Shown here: in pieces, positions 1 to 8,743 of the stretch | Position numbering within the stretch: position 1 is the first letter of the stretch | How the letters are laid out: each line of letters begins with the position of its first letter | The notes under the pieces: model-generated | What the model was told of the DNA's origin: nothing | The model's database searches: none | The model's input: only the letters and a program-made list of their open reading frames with translations | Translations under genes and position numbers: made by a program | Source: an uncultured cyanobacterium | Lineage (GTDB): Bacteria; Cyanobacteriota; Cyanobacteriia; Cyanobacteriales; Nostocaceae | DNA length: 64,000 bases | NCBI GenBank assembly: GCA_963706595.1 | Contig: OY970166.1 | Coordinates: 3,872,001-3,936,000, forward strand | Reading direction: 5' to 3'

Positions 1-278
1 CGAATTAAATCATGTAATGATTTAGGTGTAACAATATCAACTTTACGATTCAAGAGATTTTCTAAATCTGAAATCAAACCACCTGGAAACCAAGGAGAGA
101 TTTTATCTAAATCGTAATCAACTAAAAAATCAATATCACTTGCGTCTGTTTCTTCGCCTCTTGCTACACTACCAAAAAGCCGCAAGTTATAAGCTCCATG
201 TTGAGTCGCAAGTCTCAGAATTTCTTCTCGTTTTTCGTAGATTAATTGTTTTAAGCCTGTTTTTTCATCTTCTGCCAT
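1..278 (-). CDS. Minimal nucleotidyltransferase (MNT-type antitoxin), 3' end runs off the window
   Basis: Manual translation from ATG at 278: MAEDEKTGLKQLIYEKREEILRLATQHGAYNLRLFGSVARGEETDASDIDFLVDY...NRKVDIVT; GSVARG and DID motifs. Not in the ORF track because it is truncated. Confidence 0.85.
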   Translation of the reverse strand, partial: MAEDEKTGLKQLIYEKREEILRLATQHGAYNLRLFGSVARGEETDASDIDFLVDYDLDKISPWFPGGLISDLENLLNRKVDIVTPKSLHDLI

Positions 279-354
279 AGATCAGTCATCAGTTTATTAT
301 TAGAACTTCATGACAACCACCGGGTTTATTCGTAACTTTAACTGTTAACTGAAA

Positions 355-2157
355 TCACGCCACAGCCACCACGCGAAAACCAACAAGGTCGTAACGGGGC
401 TGCGCGCCCCAACCGCGAGTGGCAGAACGGCAAATCCTAGCGAAGTCGAGCCAACTACCGCCACGCAGCAGTTTTATGTTATTATTGCTACCATTCAACC
501 ACGGAGTACCGTCTATAGACGCGCCTTGGTAGCTATTATTATTATATACATCTTGACACCATTCCCATATATTACCATGCATATCGTATAAACCGAAAGA
601 GTTTGGCGGAAATTTTCCTACCTCTGTTGTTTGTCCACGACGTTCACCTTTTGGGGCTGAGGCGTAGGGAACGTTTCCGTTGTAATTAACTAAATCGGTG
701 GTAATCGTTTCCCCAAAATAAAACGGTGTAGTTGTTCCCGCACGACAAGCATATTCCCATTCAGCCTCACTGGGTAGCCTGTAGGTTTTTCCTGTCCTTT
801 GACTCAATTTTTCACAGAATTCTACCGCATCATCCCAAGTTACCCTTTCTACAGGTCTTTTCTCACCTTTGAAATCAGCAGGATTTGTCCCGATAATTGC
901 TTGATACTGTGCCTGGGTAACTGGATATTTCCCCATAAAGAAACCAGGAACCCTTACCTCACGCTGGGGACTTTCATTATCATCTCGTCCTTCTTCTCCT
1001 GGTGGTGAACCCATAGTAAAAGTTCCCCCTGGTATCTGCAGCATTTCCAAAGAAACACCATTCCCTAAATTTTCTGTAAAGGATTTTGCTTGCAGGTTGC
1101 GGCGGTTGGTAATGCTTCCCTGTGCATTCACCGTCACAGTTTTAAATGAAAAGGTTTGTAAGCTATTTTCTGGAACTCGTGGAATATCTCCAGAATCAGA
1201 GGGAAATAACAACCGATTCCCGACAAAAGTTAAACCAAATCCTCCAGCTAACCATCCCGCAGTTTTAATTACCCGACGGCGTGACAAGTTAGGTGTTGGC
1301 TGTGGCTGTGGTTGTGGTTGTGGTCGTTGTGGCTGAGACTGCTGGAGGGCTTGCAACGCTTCCCCTGCTGAAAAATATCTGTCTCGAAAGTGATAACTCA
1401 CCATCTTATTTAAAACACCTGCCAGTTTGTCACTGACATTTGCCCAATTGCGCCAAATCACTTCGCCATCAGTGGGGTCTTTTGGTAGTTCGTGGGGTTG
1501 TATTCCTGTTAAAGCATAAATTCCCAACATCCCCACAGCGTAAACATCACTGGATAATTTCGGTTGTCCGGCGGCTTGTTCACTTGGCATATAGCCATTA
1601 GTTCCAACAATAACGCTAACACTGGTTTGACCTTGGGTATTTAACATCACGGTGTTTATTTCTTTAACTGCACCAAAGTCAATTAGCACTATCTTCCTAT
1701 CTTGACGGCGACGCATTAAATTTGGGGGTTTGATGTCGCGGTGGATGATATTTTTTTGGTGAACTACTGCTAATACTTCCAAAATTTCCTGTAAGAGTTT
1801 GGTGACTTCTGTTTCACTCAACCGTTTACCAGGACTGATTTCTTTGCTTAAGTCTTCCCCATCGATAAATTCTTGGACTAAATAAAATTCACCTTGTTCT
1901 TCAAAGTGGGCAAATAGTCGCGGTATCTGGTCGCTATCATTGCCTAAGCGGTATAAAACTTGCGCTTCGCTATCAAATAATCTTCTAACGGTTTGTAATA
2001 CTGCGGGGTCAGAGTTGGGCTTGAGGTGTTTGACTACACACTTGGGATGGTTGGGTAAGTCTATATCTTCTGCCAAATATGTGTCGCCAAATCCGCCACT
2101 TCCCAGTAGCCTGATGATTTTATAGCGGTTACGGAGGATTTGACCAGGATTAGGCAT
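355..2157 (-). CDS. Ser/Thr protein kinase fused to a C-terminal FGE-sulfatase (SUMF1) domain
   Basis: GSGGFG, HRDIKPPN and DFG kinase motifs; PQ linker; RLPSEAEWEYACRAG, NSFGLYDMHGNIWEWC and GFRVV FGE motifs. Confidence 0.92.
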   Translation of the reverse strand: MPNPGQILRNRYKIIRLLGSGGFGDTYLAEDIDLPNHPKCVVKHLKPNSDPAVLQTVRRLFDSEAQVLYRLGNDSDQIPRLFAHFEEQGEFYLVQEFIDGEDLSKEISPGKRLSETEVTKLLQEILEVLAVVHQKNIIHRDIKPPNLMRRRQDRKIVLIDFGAVKEINTVMLNTQGQTSVSVIVGTNGYMPSEQAAGQPKLSSDVYAVGMLGIYALTGIQPHELPKDPTDGEVIWRNWANVSDKLAGVLNKMVSYHFRDRYFSAGEALQALQQSQPQRPQPQPQPQPTPNLSRRRVIKTAGWLAGGFGLTFVGNRLLFPSDSGDIPRVPENSLQTFSFKTVTVNAQGSITNRRNLQAKSFTENLGNGVSLEMLQIPGGTFTMGSPPGEEGRDDNESPQREVRVPGFFMGKYPVTQAQYQAIIGTNPADFKGEKRPVERVTWDDAVEFCEKLSQRTGKTYRLPSEAEWEYACRAGTTTPFYFGETITTDLVNYNGNVPYASAPKGERRGQTTEVGKFPPNSFGLYDMHGNIWEWCQDVYNNNSYQGASIDGTPWLNGSNNNIKLLRGGSWLDFARICRSATRGWGAQPRYDLVGFRVVAVA

Positions 2158-2245
2158 GGTTTTTGACTTGGCGCTGGGAAAATTAGCTTTATTGTGCCAA
2201 ATTTTCCATTATTAAAGCAAGTGATTCTACTCACCCAGTATTTTC

Positions 2246-2302
2246 TTGTGGGATGGGTGTCCCCACCCGTCCCCTAATCGAGTATCTTTACCCACCCCAC
2301 AA
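2246..2302. repeat. REP-like intergenic hairpin element (GTGG-type)
   Basis: ttgtGGGATGGGTG-tccc-CACCCGTCCC...cccaccccacaa; a related element lies at about 54644-54701. Confidence 0.55.
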
Positions 2303-2377
2303 TACAAGATGGAAAACCTAGATTCTGAGAAATGGATATGATAGGAAAGTAAATAAAACTTCAAAAATATTTATCAA

Positions 2378-3775
2378 ATGCTGATTGACTTCCCTGGCTT
2401 GACCAAAGTCAAAGACTTAGTAAAAGAAAAGATTTTCTTCGGTCATGAACCCAGTGCCGAGTTAATTGCTATTCTTACCGTTTACTTTGTCCAAGGAATT
2501 TTAGGGTTGGCGCGTCTAGCTGTCAGCTTTTTTCTCAAAGATGAATTGCTGCTGAGTCCGGCTCAAGTGTCCGCATTATTCGGAATTGTCGCTTTACCTT
2601 GGATTATCAAACCAGTATTTGGCTTTATTTCCGATGGCTTACCTATATTTGGCTACCGTCGCCGACCATATTTAATCCTCTCTGGGTTATTAGGAGCGAT
2701 TTCTTGGGTATGTTTAGCCACTATAGTTCATAGTAGCTGGGCAGCTACACTAGCGATCGCTCTTGGTTCTCTCTCCGTCGCAGTCAGTGATGTCATAGCA
2801 GACTCATTAGTTGTGGAAAGAGCCAGAGCAGAATCCCAAGCATCTGCTGGTTCACTACAATCTTTATGTTGGGGTGCTTCCGCATTAGGGGGTTTACTCA
2901 CCGCTTACTTTAGCGGAATGCTGCTAGAACATTTCACCACCCGCACCGTATTTTGGATTACCGCCTCATTTCCCCTCATCGTTTCCGCAGTAGCTTGGTT
3001 AATCGCTGAAACCCCAATTAGAAAAAATAGCCAAGAAAATCACAGCAATAATCCTCCCAGCACCAAGCATCAACTCAAACAACTCCGCCAAGCAGTCACC
3101 CAAAAAGCCATTTGGCTACCCACAGCCTTTGTATTTGTCTGGTTAGCCACCCCCACAGCTGACGCAGCCTTTTTCTTCTTCAGCACCAACGAACTACACT
3201 TTCAACCAGAATTTTTAGGACGGGTAAGACTGGTAACAAGTGGCGCTTCCTTAATTGGAATTTGGATTTTTCAACGCTTCCTCAAAGGTGTGTCATTCCG
3301 CACCATTTTTGCTTGGAGTACAGTGCTTTCCTCAGTCTTGGGAATGACAATGCTGCTGCTGGTGACTCATACCAACCGAACATTAGGTATAGACGACCAC
3401 TGGTTTAGTTTAGGAGATAGCCTCATCCTCACCGTCATGGGACAAATCGCCTATATGCCAGTATTGGTATTAGCAGCGAGATTATGTCCCCCAGGAGTAG
3501 AAGCCACATTATTTGCTGTACTCATGTCCGTTTCCAACCTAGCAAATATGGTTTCCTACGAATTTGGAGCCATCATCATGCACTGGCTAGGTATCACTGA
3601 AACTAACTTTGAACTACTGTGGTTATTAGTGATTATCACAAACCTCAGCACACTATTACCATTACCCTTCATTCGTTGGCTACCTGCTAACGACCCGCAA
3701 GCCGATTTACCAACATTACAACCCGTTTCAGTAACTAATGAAGAAGAACCATTGTTACCCAACTTAGTACCCTAA
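2378..3775 (+). CDS. Folate/biopterin family (BT1) MFS transporter
   Basis: About 12 hydrophobic segments; PWIIKPVFGFISDGLPIFGYRRRPY and LCPPGVEATLFA motifs. Confidence 0.9.
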   Translation: MLIDFPGLTKVKDLVKEKIFFGHEPSAELIAILTVYFVQGILGLARLAVSFFLKDELLLSPAQVSALFGIVALPWIIKPVFGFISDGLPIFGYRRRPYLILSGLLGAISWVCLATIVHSSWAATLAIALGSLSVAVSDVIADSLVVERARAESQASAGSLQSLCWGASALGGLLTAYFSGMLLEHFTTRTVFWITASFPLIVSAVAWLIAETPIRKNSQENHSNNPPSTKHQLKQLRQAVTQKAIWLPTAFVFVWLATPTADAAFFFFSTNELHFQPEFLGRVRLVTSGASLIGIWIFQRFLKGVSFRTIFAWSTVLSSVLGMTMLLLVTHTNRTLGIDDHWFSLGDSLILTVMGQIAYMPVLVLAARLCPPGVEATLFAVLMSVSNLANMVSYEFGAIIMHWLGITETNFELLWLLVIITNLSTLLPLPFIRWLPANDPQADLPTLQPVSVTNEEEPLLPNLVP

Positions 3776-3834
3776 TCTAAGACTCCGCGAACCTTTGCGC
3801 TTCCCTCAGCGCCCCTTTGCGTTTGAAATAAAAT

Positions 3835-3850
3835 TGTAACAAAAACTACA
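3835..3850 (+). promoter_or_regulatory. NtcA-binding site upstream of gdhA
   Basis: tGTAacaaaaacTACa matches GTA-N8-TAC with T/A flanks; candidate -10 TAGGAT at 3874-3879. Confidence 0.65.
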
Positions 3851-3935
3851 AAATCACCATTTCTTATCCAGTCTAGGATAAGATAAATGCATACATATCC
3901 GGTACGCGAAGATACCGCGACTAGGAGAAAAGTTT

Positions 3936-5225
3936 ATGGTGTTAACATCTCCCTTACCGTTTGAAGCTGCTACTCCAGCGCACATTTGCCCATTTGATCA
4001 AGCTTGTAGTTACTTAGACGCAGCAGGTAAAGAATTAAAGCTTAATCAAGGTGTATTGGCAATTCTCAGTAATCCCCGCAAAGTAGTCACAGTTTCCATA
4101 CCCGTGAAGCTAGATAATGGTGAAATCCAGGTTTTAGCGGGACATCGGGTACAGCACTCTGATATTTTAGGCCCCTATAAAGGTGGAATTCGTTACCATC
4201 CAGCAGTGACATTGCGGGAAGTTTCCGCCTTAGCCATGCTGATGACTTGGAAATGTGCATTATTAGGCATACCTTATGGCGGTGCGAAGGGAGGAATAGC
4301 CATAAATCCCAAAACTTATAGTGTGGGCGAACTAGAAAGAATCAGTCGCCGCTATATCAGCGAATTAATTAAAGATATTGGTCCTTCCGTAGACATTCCT
4401 GCACCAGATATGGGTACTTCCGCCCGTGAAATGGCTTGGATGATGGATACTTATTCTGTCAACGTTGGTCATGCTGTCCCCGGAGTGGTTACAGGTAAGC
4501 CCCTTTCCATTGGTGGTTCCTTGGGAAGGGAAATGGCCACTGGCAGAGGTGTAATGATTATTGTCCGTGAGGCATTAGCCACCCAAGGTAAATCCCTTGC
4601 AGGAGTGCGAGTAGTGATTCAGGGTTTCGGTAATGTCGGGGGTGCGGCCGCAGAATTGTTACACGAAGCGGGAGCGAAGATTTTAGCTGTCTCTACAGGT
4701 TCAGGGGGTATTTTTTCCCCAGATGGTCTTGATATTCCGGCATTAAAAGCCTACGCTGCTGAAAATAATAAAAGTATTGCAGGTTTTCCGCAAACAACAC
4801 CCATTAGCAATGCAGATTTACTCACCTTACCTTGCGATGTTTTAATTCCAGCAGCTTTGGAGAATCAAATTACCAAAGAAAATGTGCATCTGGTACAAGC
4901 GCAAATCGTCGCAGAAGCGGCTAATGGTCCAGTGACTTTGGAAGCGAACCAATTTCTAGAAGCGCATGGTGTAACTGTATTACCAGATATTTTAGCTAAT
5001 GCTGGGGGTGTTGTTGTTAGTTATTTAGAGTGGGTGCAGGGTCTTTCTTATCTGTTTTGGGATGAGGAACGTGTGAATCATGAAATGGAAAAGTTAATGG
5101 TGCAAGCCTATCAACACGTAATTCAGCAATCAAAGATTAGGCAAATTCCTCTGCGTTTAGCAGCTTATACCTTGGGTGTGGGTAGAGTTGCACAAGCGCT
5201 TGCTGATAGAGGTCTTTATCCGTGA
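3936..5225 (+). CDS. gdhA: Glutamate dehydrogenase (Glu/Leu/Phe/Val dehydrogenase family)
   Basis: GPYKGGIRYHP, GGAKGG, DIPAPDMGT, GFGNVG, EAANGP and PDILANAGGV motifs. Confidence 0.93.
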   Translation: MVLTSPLPFEAATPAHICPFDQACSYLDAAGKELKLNQGVLAILSNPRKVVTVSIPVKLDNGEIQVLAGHRVQHSDILGPYKGGIRYHPAVTLREVSALAMLMTWKCALLGIPYGGAKGGIAINPKTYSVGELERISRRYISELIKDIGPSVDIPAPDMGTSAREMAWMMDTYSVNVGHAVPGVVTGKPLSIGGSLGREMATGRGVMIIVREALATQGKSLAGVRVVIQGFGNVGGAAAELLHEAGAKILAVSTGSGGIFSPDGLDIPALKAYAAENNKSIAGFPQTTPISNADLLTLPCDVLIPAALENQITKENVHLVQAQIVAEAANGPVTLEANQFLEAHGVTVLPDILANAGGVVVSYLEWVQGLSYLFWDEERVNHEMEKLMVQAYQHVIQQSKIRQIPLRLAAYTLGVGRVAQALADRGLYP

Positions 5226-5239
5226 AGTGAGATATAAGA

Positions 5240-5403
5240 ACCCCACCCCCAACCCCCTCCCCGCAAGCGAGGAGGGGGCTATGATGTACCACGCAAAGGC
5301 GCAAAGGTACGAAACCTCTCAAACTCTCATGACTCTGTGTCCTCTGTGTCTCTGTGGTTCGTTTATCGTTTATTTCGATAATTTATTTCTTGGAAGTCCC
5401 TTA
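5240..5403. repeat. Composite intergenic repeat: C-rich hairpin, short tandem repeats and one MITE-like terminus
   Basis: CCCCCTCC-ccgcaagcga-GGAGGGGG hairpin; cgcaaagg x2; ctctgtgt x3; the end gataatttatttcttggaagtccctta resembles the reverse complement of the terminus at 54610. Confidence 0.6.
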
Positions 5404-5512
5404 TCTTAAAGTTAAAAAAAAATACTAAACTATTTTTATAGTTGGATTTGGCGGGATTTTACTTCTAATCTCACTAAAATATGTTGTTATAAAACTTTTG
5501 TTGAGGATCTGG

Positions 5513-8050
5513 ATGGCAAATAATGAGGCTACCGCCAGAATTAAGATTAATAAGTTACTTGAGGCGGCTGGCTGGCGTTTTTTTGAGGAAGGGGGACAAG
5601 CAGCGAATATATGTCTTGAGCCTAATGTGCAGCTTGGATCGTCAGATTTAGATGAGTTCGGTGAGAACTTTGAAAAAACGAAAAAAGGTTTTATTGATTT
5701 TTTGTTGCTGGACGATCGCGGATTTCCGTTTATTGTACTGGAAGCTAAGGCGGCGGGGATTCACCCTTTATTTGGTAAGGAGCAAGCACGGGATTATGCC
5801 AAGTCTCAGAATTGCCGTTTTGTGATTTTGTCTAATGGAGATTTGCATTATTTCTGGGATTTAGAGCGGGGTAATCCCGACGTTATTACAAATTTTCCTA
5901 CGCCTAACTCGGTGATGGTTTATCAGAAAATAATTCCAGAGCCTCAGCGTCTTGTGGATGAGGCGATCGCACATAACTATGTAGTGCTGACCCAGCTACC
6001 AGACTATCAAGATCAAGCAGGGTGGAAGAATCAGGCAGAGCGACCAAATTTTATTGAAACAAATAAACTGCGATTTTTAAGACCTTATCAAAGGAATGCA
6101 ATTCAGGCTTTGCAAGGGGCGGTTAGTCAGGGAAAAGAGCGATTTTTGTTTCAGATGGCCACGGGGACGGGAAAAACTCTGACTTCGGCGGCGGTGATTA
6201 AGTTATTTTTGCGGACTGGAAATGCTCAACGTGTTTTATTTTTGGTCGATCGCCTTGAGCTTGAGGATCAGGCAAAAAAGGCTTTTGATTTGTTGCTGAA
6301 AAATGACTATAAGACCATAATTTATAAGGATAATCGGGATGATTGGCGACGTGCCGATATTGTCGTGACTACGGTGCAGTCATTACTGGTAAATAACAAG
6401 TATCGCGATCGCTTTTCACCGACTGATTTTGATTTGGTAATTTCCGATGAAGCACACCGATCAATAGGTGGTAACTCACGGGCAGTTTTTGAGTATTTTA
6501 TTGGGTACAAGTTAGGACTGACAGCAACACCTCGCGACTATCTCAAGCAGTTTTACAAGACAAAGCCCACGACTAATGATCCGCGAGAATATGAGCGGCG
6601 GATGATGTTGGATACTTATCGCATTTTTGGCTGTGGGGATAGTTTACCAACGTTTTCCTATGGGTTAAATGACGGGGTGAAGGATGGCTTTTTGATTCAT
6701 CCGACCGTGGTAGATGCCAGAAGTAAGGTAACTACAAAGCTTTTGTCTAAGGATGGTTTTATTGTTGAGTTTAAAGATGACGATGGGGGCGATCGCCAAG
6801 AAACTTTTAAACAGCGTCAATTCGAGAAACGATTTTTTGCTGAAGGGACAAATCAGCTTTTTTGCAAGATTTTTCTAGAGAATGCTTTGCGCGATCCGAT
6901 TAGTGGCGAAATTGGCAAATCGATCATTTTTGCAGTCAGTCAAAACCATGCAGTCAAACTGGTGCAAATTCTGAATGACATGGCGGATCGGATGTTTCCG
7001 AATAAGTATCAATCGGATTTTGCCGTACAGGTGACATCAGGAGTTAAGGACGCGCAGCAGTTTACGAACAATTTCAACCATCTGAGTAACAATTTGCTTG
7101 GTTCTGCCAATTTCTTGCCAACCTACAGAACTAGCAAAGCTCGTGTTTGTGTCACCGTTGGCATGATGACCACTGGTTATGATTGTGCAGACTTGCTCAA
7201 TCTTGGTTTATTCCGTCCGATCTTTTCACCGACTGATTTTATTCAGATTAAAGGGCGGGGGACTCGCAAGCATAATTTTTTGGAACAGTTGTTTGATGAT
7301 GATATTAAGGACGGAGTTAAACAACCGCACAAGACCGCTTATAAACTGTTTGATTTTTTTGCAAATTGTGAATATTTTGATCAAGAGTTTAAATATGATC
7401 AGGTGTTAGCACTACCTCAGCCGAAAAGTGAGGGTAATGGCGATAATGGCGGCGATGGGACAAAGGGGATTGCAACCTATGAACATTTAGGGGCGGATAT
7501 TCTGGAGAGTATTAAGGAGGAGAGGATCGGCTTTGAGGGAATGAAGATTGATCGCTTGTATTATGAAAAATTTGAGGAGAAGATCCGCGAGAATCGGGTG
7601 ATTGCTGAGGCAGTTGAAGCGGGGAAATGGGATCTGGTGATTGATTATATTAATCGTCAAATATTTGACGATCCTGAGCAATTTTATACGTTGGACAAGT
7701 TACGGAAAGCGGCGGCGGTTGATCGCCGTTTGAGTTTGCGAGAGATATTAGAAAAAATCTTTGGTTTAATTCCGCGCTTTAAGTCAAAGGATGAGTTACT
7801 AGAAGAGGAGTTTTCTAATTTTGTGGCTGCATATCAGCCAGAGGAGGCAATTCCTGAGATTAAGAATTACTTTAAGGCTTATGTCACTAATAGTCAGATT
7901 CGGCAAATTATTGAAACTAAAAAATACCAAGAGTTAGCGACAAATCCGGTTTTGTCGATGGATAATTTTAAGGCTGTGCCTAAGTCTTACCGCGATTTGA
8001 TTCCAGATTACGTTAAAAATTATATAGAGTTAGATCGGTTTGTTGCGTGA
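5513..8050 (+). CDS. hsdR: Type I restriction enzyme restriction subunit (EcoAI/EcoEI-like HsdR)
   Basis: Nuclease motif IDFLL...VLEAK; LRPYQ, ATGTGKT, DEAHRS, LTATP, MMTTGYD and QIKGRGTR helicase motifs; ATG at 5513 after GAGG. Confidence 0.88.
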   Translation: MANNEATARIKINKLLEAAGWRFFEEGGQAANICLEPNVQLGSSDLDEFGENFEKTKKGFIDFLLLDDRGFPFIVLEAKAAGIHPLFGKEQARDYAKSQNCRFVILSNGDLHYFWDLERGNPDVITNFPTPNSVMVYQKIIPEPQRLVDEAIAHNYVVLTQLPDYQDQAGWKNQAERPNFIETNKLRFLRPYQRNAIQALQGAVSQGKERFLFQMATGTGKTLTSAAVIKLFLRTGNAQRVLFLVDRLELEDQAKKAFDLLLKNDYKTIIYKDNRDDWRRADIVVTTVQSLLVNNKYRDRFSPTDFDLVISDEAHRSIGGNSRAVFEYFIGYKLGLTATPRDYLKQFYKTKPTTNDPREYERRMMLDTYRIFGCGDSLPTFSYGLNDGVKDGFLIHPTVVDARSKVTTKLLSKDGFIVEFKDDDGGDRQETFKQRQFEKRFFAEGTNQLFCKIFLENALRDPISGEIGKSIIFAVSQNHAVKLVQILNDMADRMFPNKYQSDFAVQVTSGVKDAQQFTNNFNHLSNNLLGSANFLPTYRTSKARVCVTVGMMTTGYDCADLLNLGLFRPIFSPTDFIQIKGRGTRKHNFLEQLFDDDIKDGVKQPHKTAYKLFDFFANCEYFDQEFKYDQVLALPQPKSEGNGDNGGDGTKGIATYEHLGADILESIKEERIGFEGMKIDRLYYEKFEEKIRENRVIAEAVEAGKWDLVIDYINRQIFDDPEQFYTLDKLRKAAAVDRRLSLREILEKIFGLIPRFKSKDELLEEEFSNFVAAYQPEEAIPEIKNYFKAYVTNSQIRQIIETKKYQELATNPVLSMDNFKAVPKSYRDLIPDYVKNYIELDRFVA

Positions 8051-8066
8051 CAAGGCTAAAACAGTT

Positions 8067-8394
8067 TAGTAGTGGCGTGACAAGCTTAAAATGTTGCAAA
8101 AAATTGTAGTAGGGGTTGACGTTAGGAAACCCAACATCATTGGTAGCGTTGGGTTTCGTTCCTCTACCCAACCTACTTCTAATGCACTATTTTAGGCTTG
8201 TCATTCCAGTAGGGTGCGTTAGGATGAAATCCGTAGCGCACCGTTATTAAGGCTTTGGTGCGTTACGCTACCGCTAACACACCCTACTGGCGTGGCAAGC
8301 TTAAAATAGTGCATTAGGTAAAAGCAGACAACATTGATTTATCTCAATTTTCTCAAAAATCTATTGCAACATTTTAGCCTTGCCACGCTACTAC
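8067..8394. mobile_element. Nested palindromic MITE/REP composite
   Basis: Outer inverted repeats 8067-8099 and 8364-8394; inner inverted repeats about 8179-8222 and 8274-8317; GTAG REP-like doublets at 8109-8176 and 8209-8287. Confidence 0.65.
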
Positions 8395-8422
8395 TGTTCA
8401 ATAATCAAATAGTAGTTGGATA

Positions 8423-8629
8423 TCAAGAGATGTTTACCAGATCGTCAGGATCGCCAATGTATACTTCTGGATGAGGAACAAGTTTTTCAAGTTTATTTTT
8501 TTTCGGTGCTGGCAAAATTTGGAAGCGTTGGCCTTTCCAGTCAAACTCAAGGCGATCGCCTGTAACCGCAATTTCTGCTAGTAGAGTTTCTAGGTCTTCA
8601 GGTAATTTATCGATGGTGATGGGTTTCAT
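8423..8629 (-). CDS. Small Phd/YefM-like antitoxin, orphan and possibly C-terminally truncated
   Basis: 68 aa; LETLLAEIAVTG...KNKLEKLVPHPEVYIGDPDDLVNIS resembles cyanobacterial prevent-host-death antitoxins; no toxin ORF follows. Confidence 0.6.
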   Translation of the reverse strand: MKPITIDKLPEDLETLLAEIAVTGDRLEFDWKGQRFQILPAPKKNKLEKLVPHPEVYIGDPDDLVNIS

Positions 8630-8743
8630 TTTTTAAATTACGAGTTGGGTTAAGCCGGGTTCAATTTTTTTGAGAAGTGAGCCTAGAATTAGACTCTATA
8701 ATAGCATTCACCTAAAATATCAATTCATACATAATTCAAAAAA

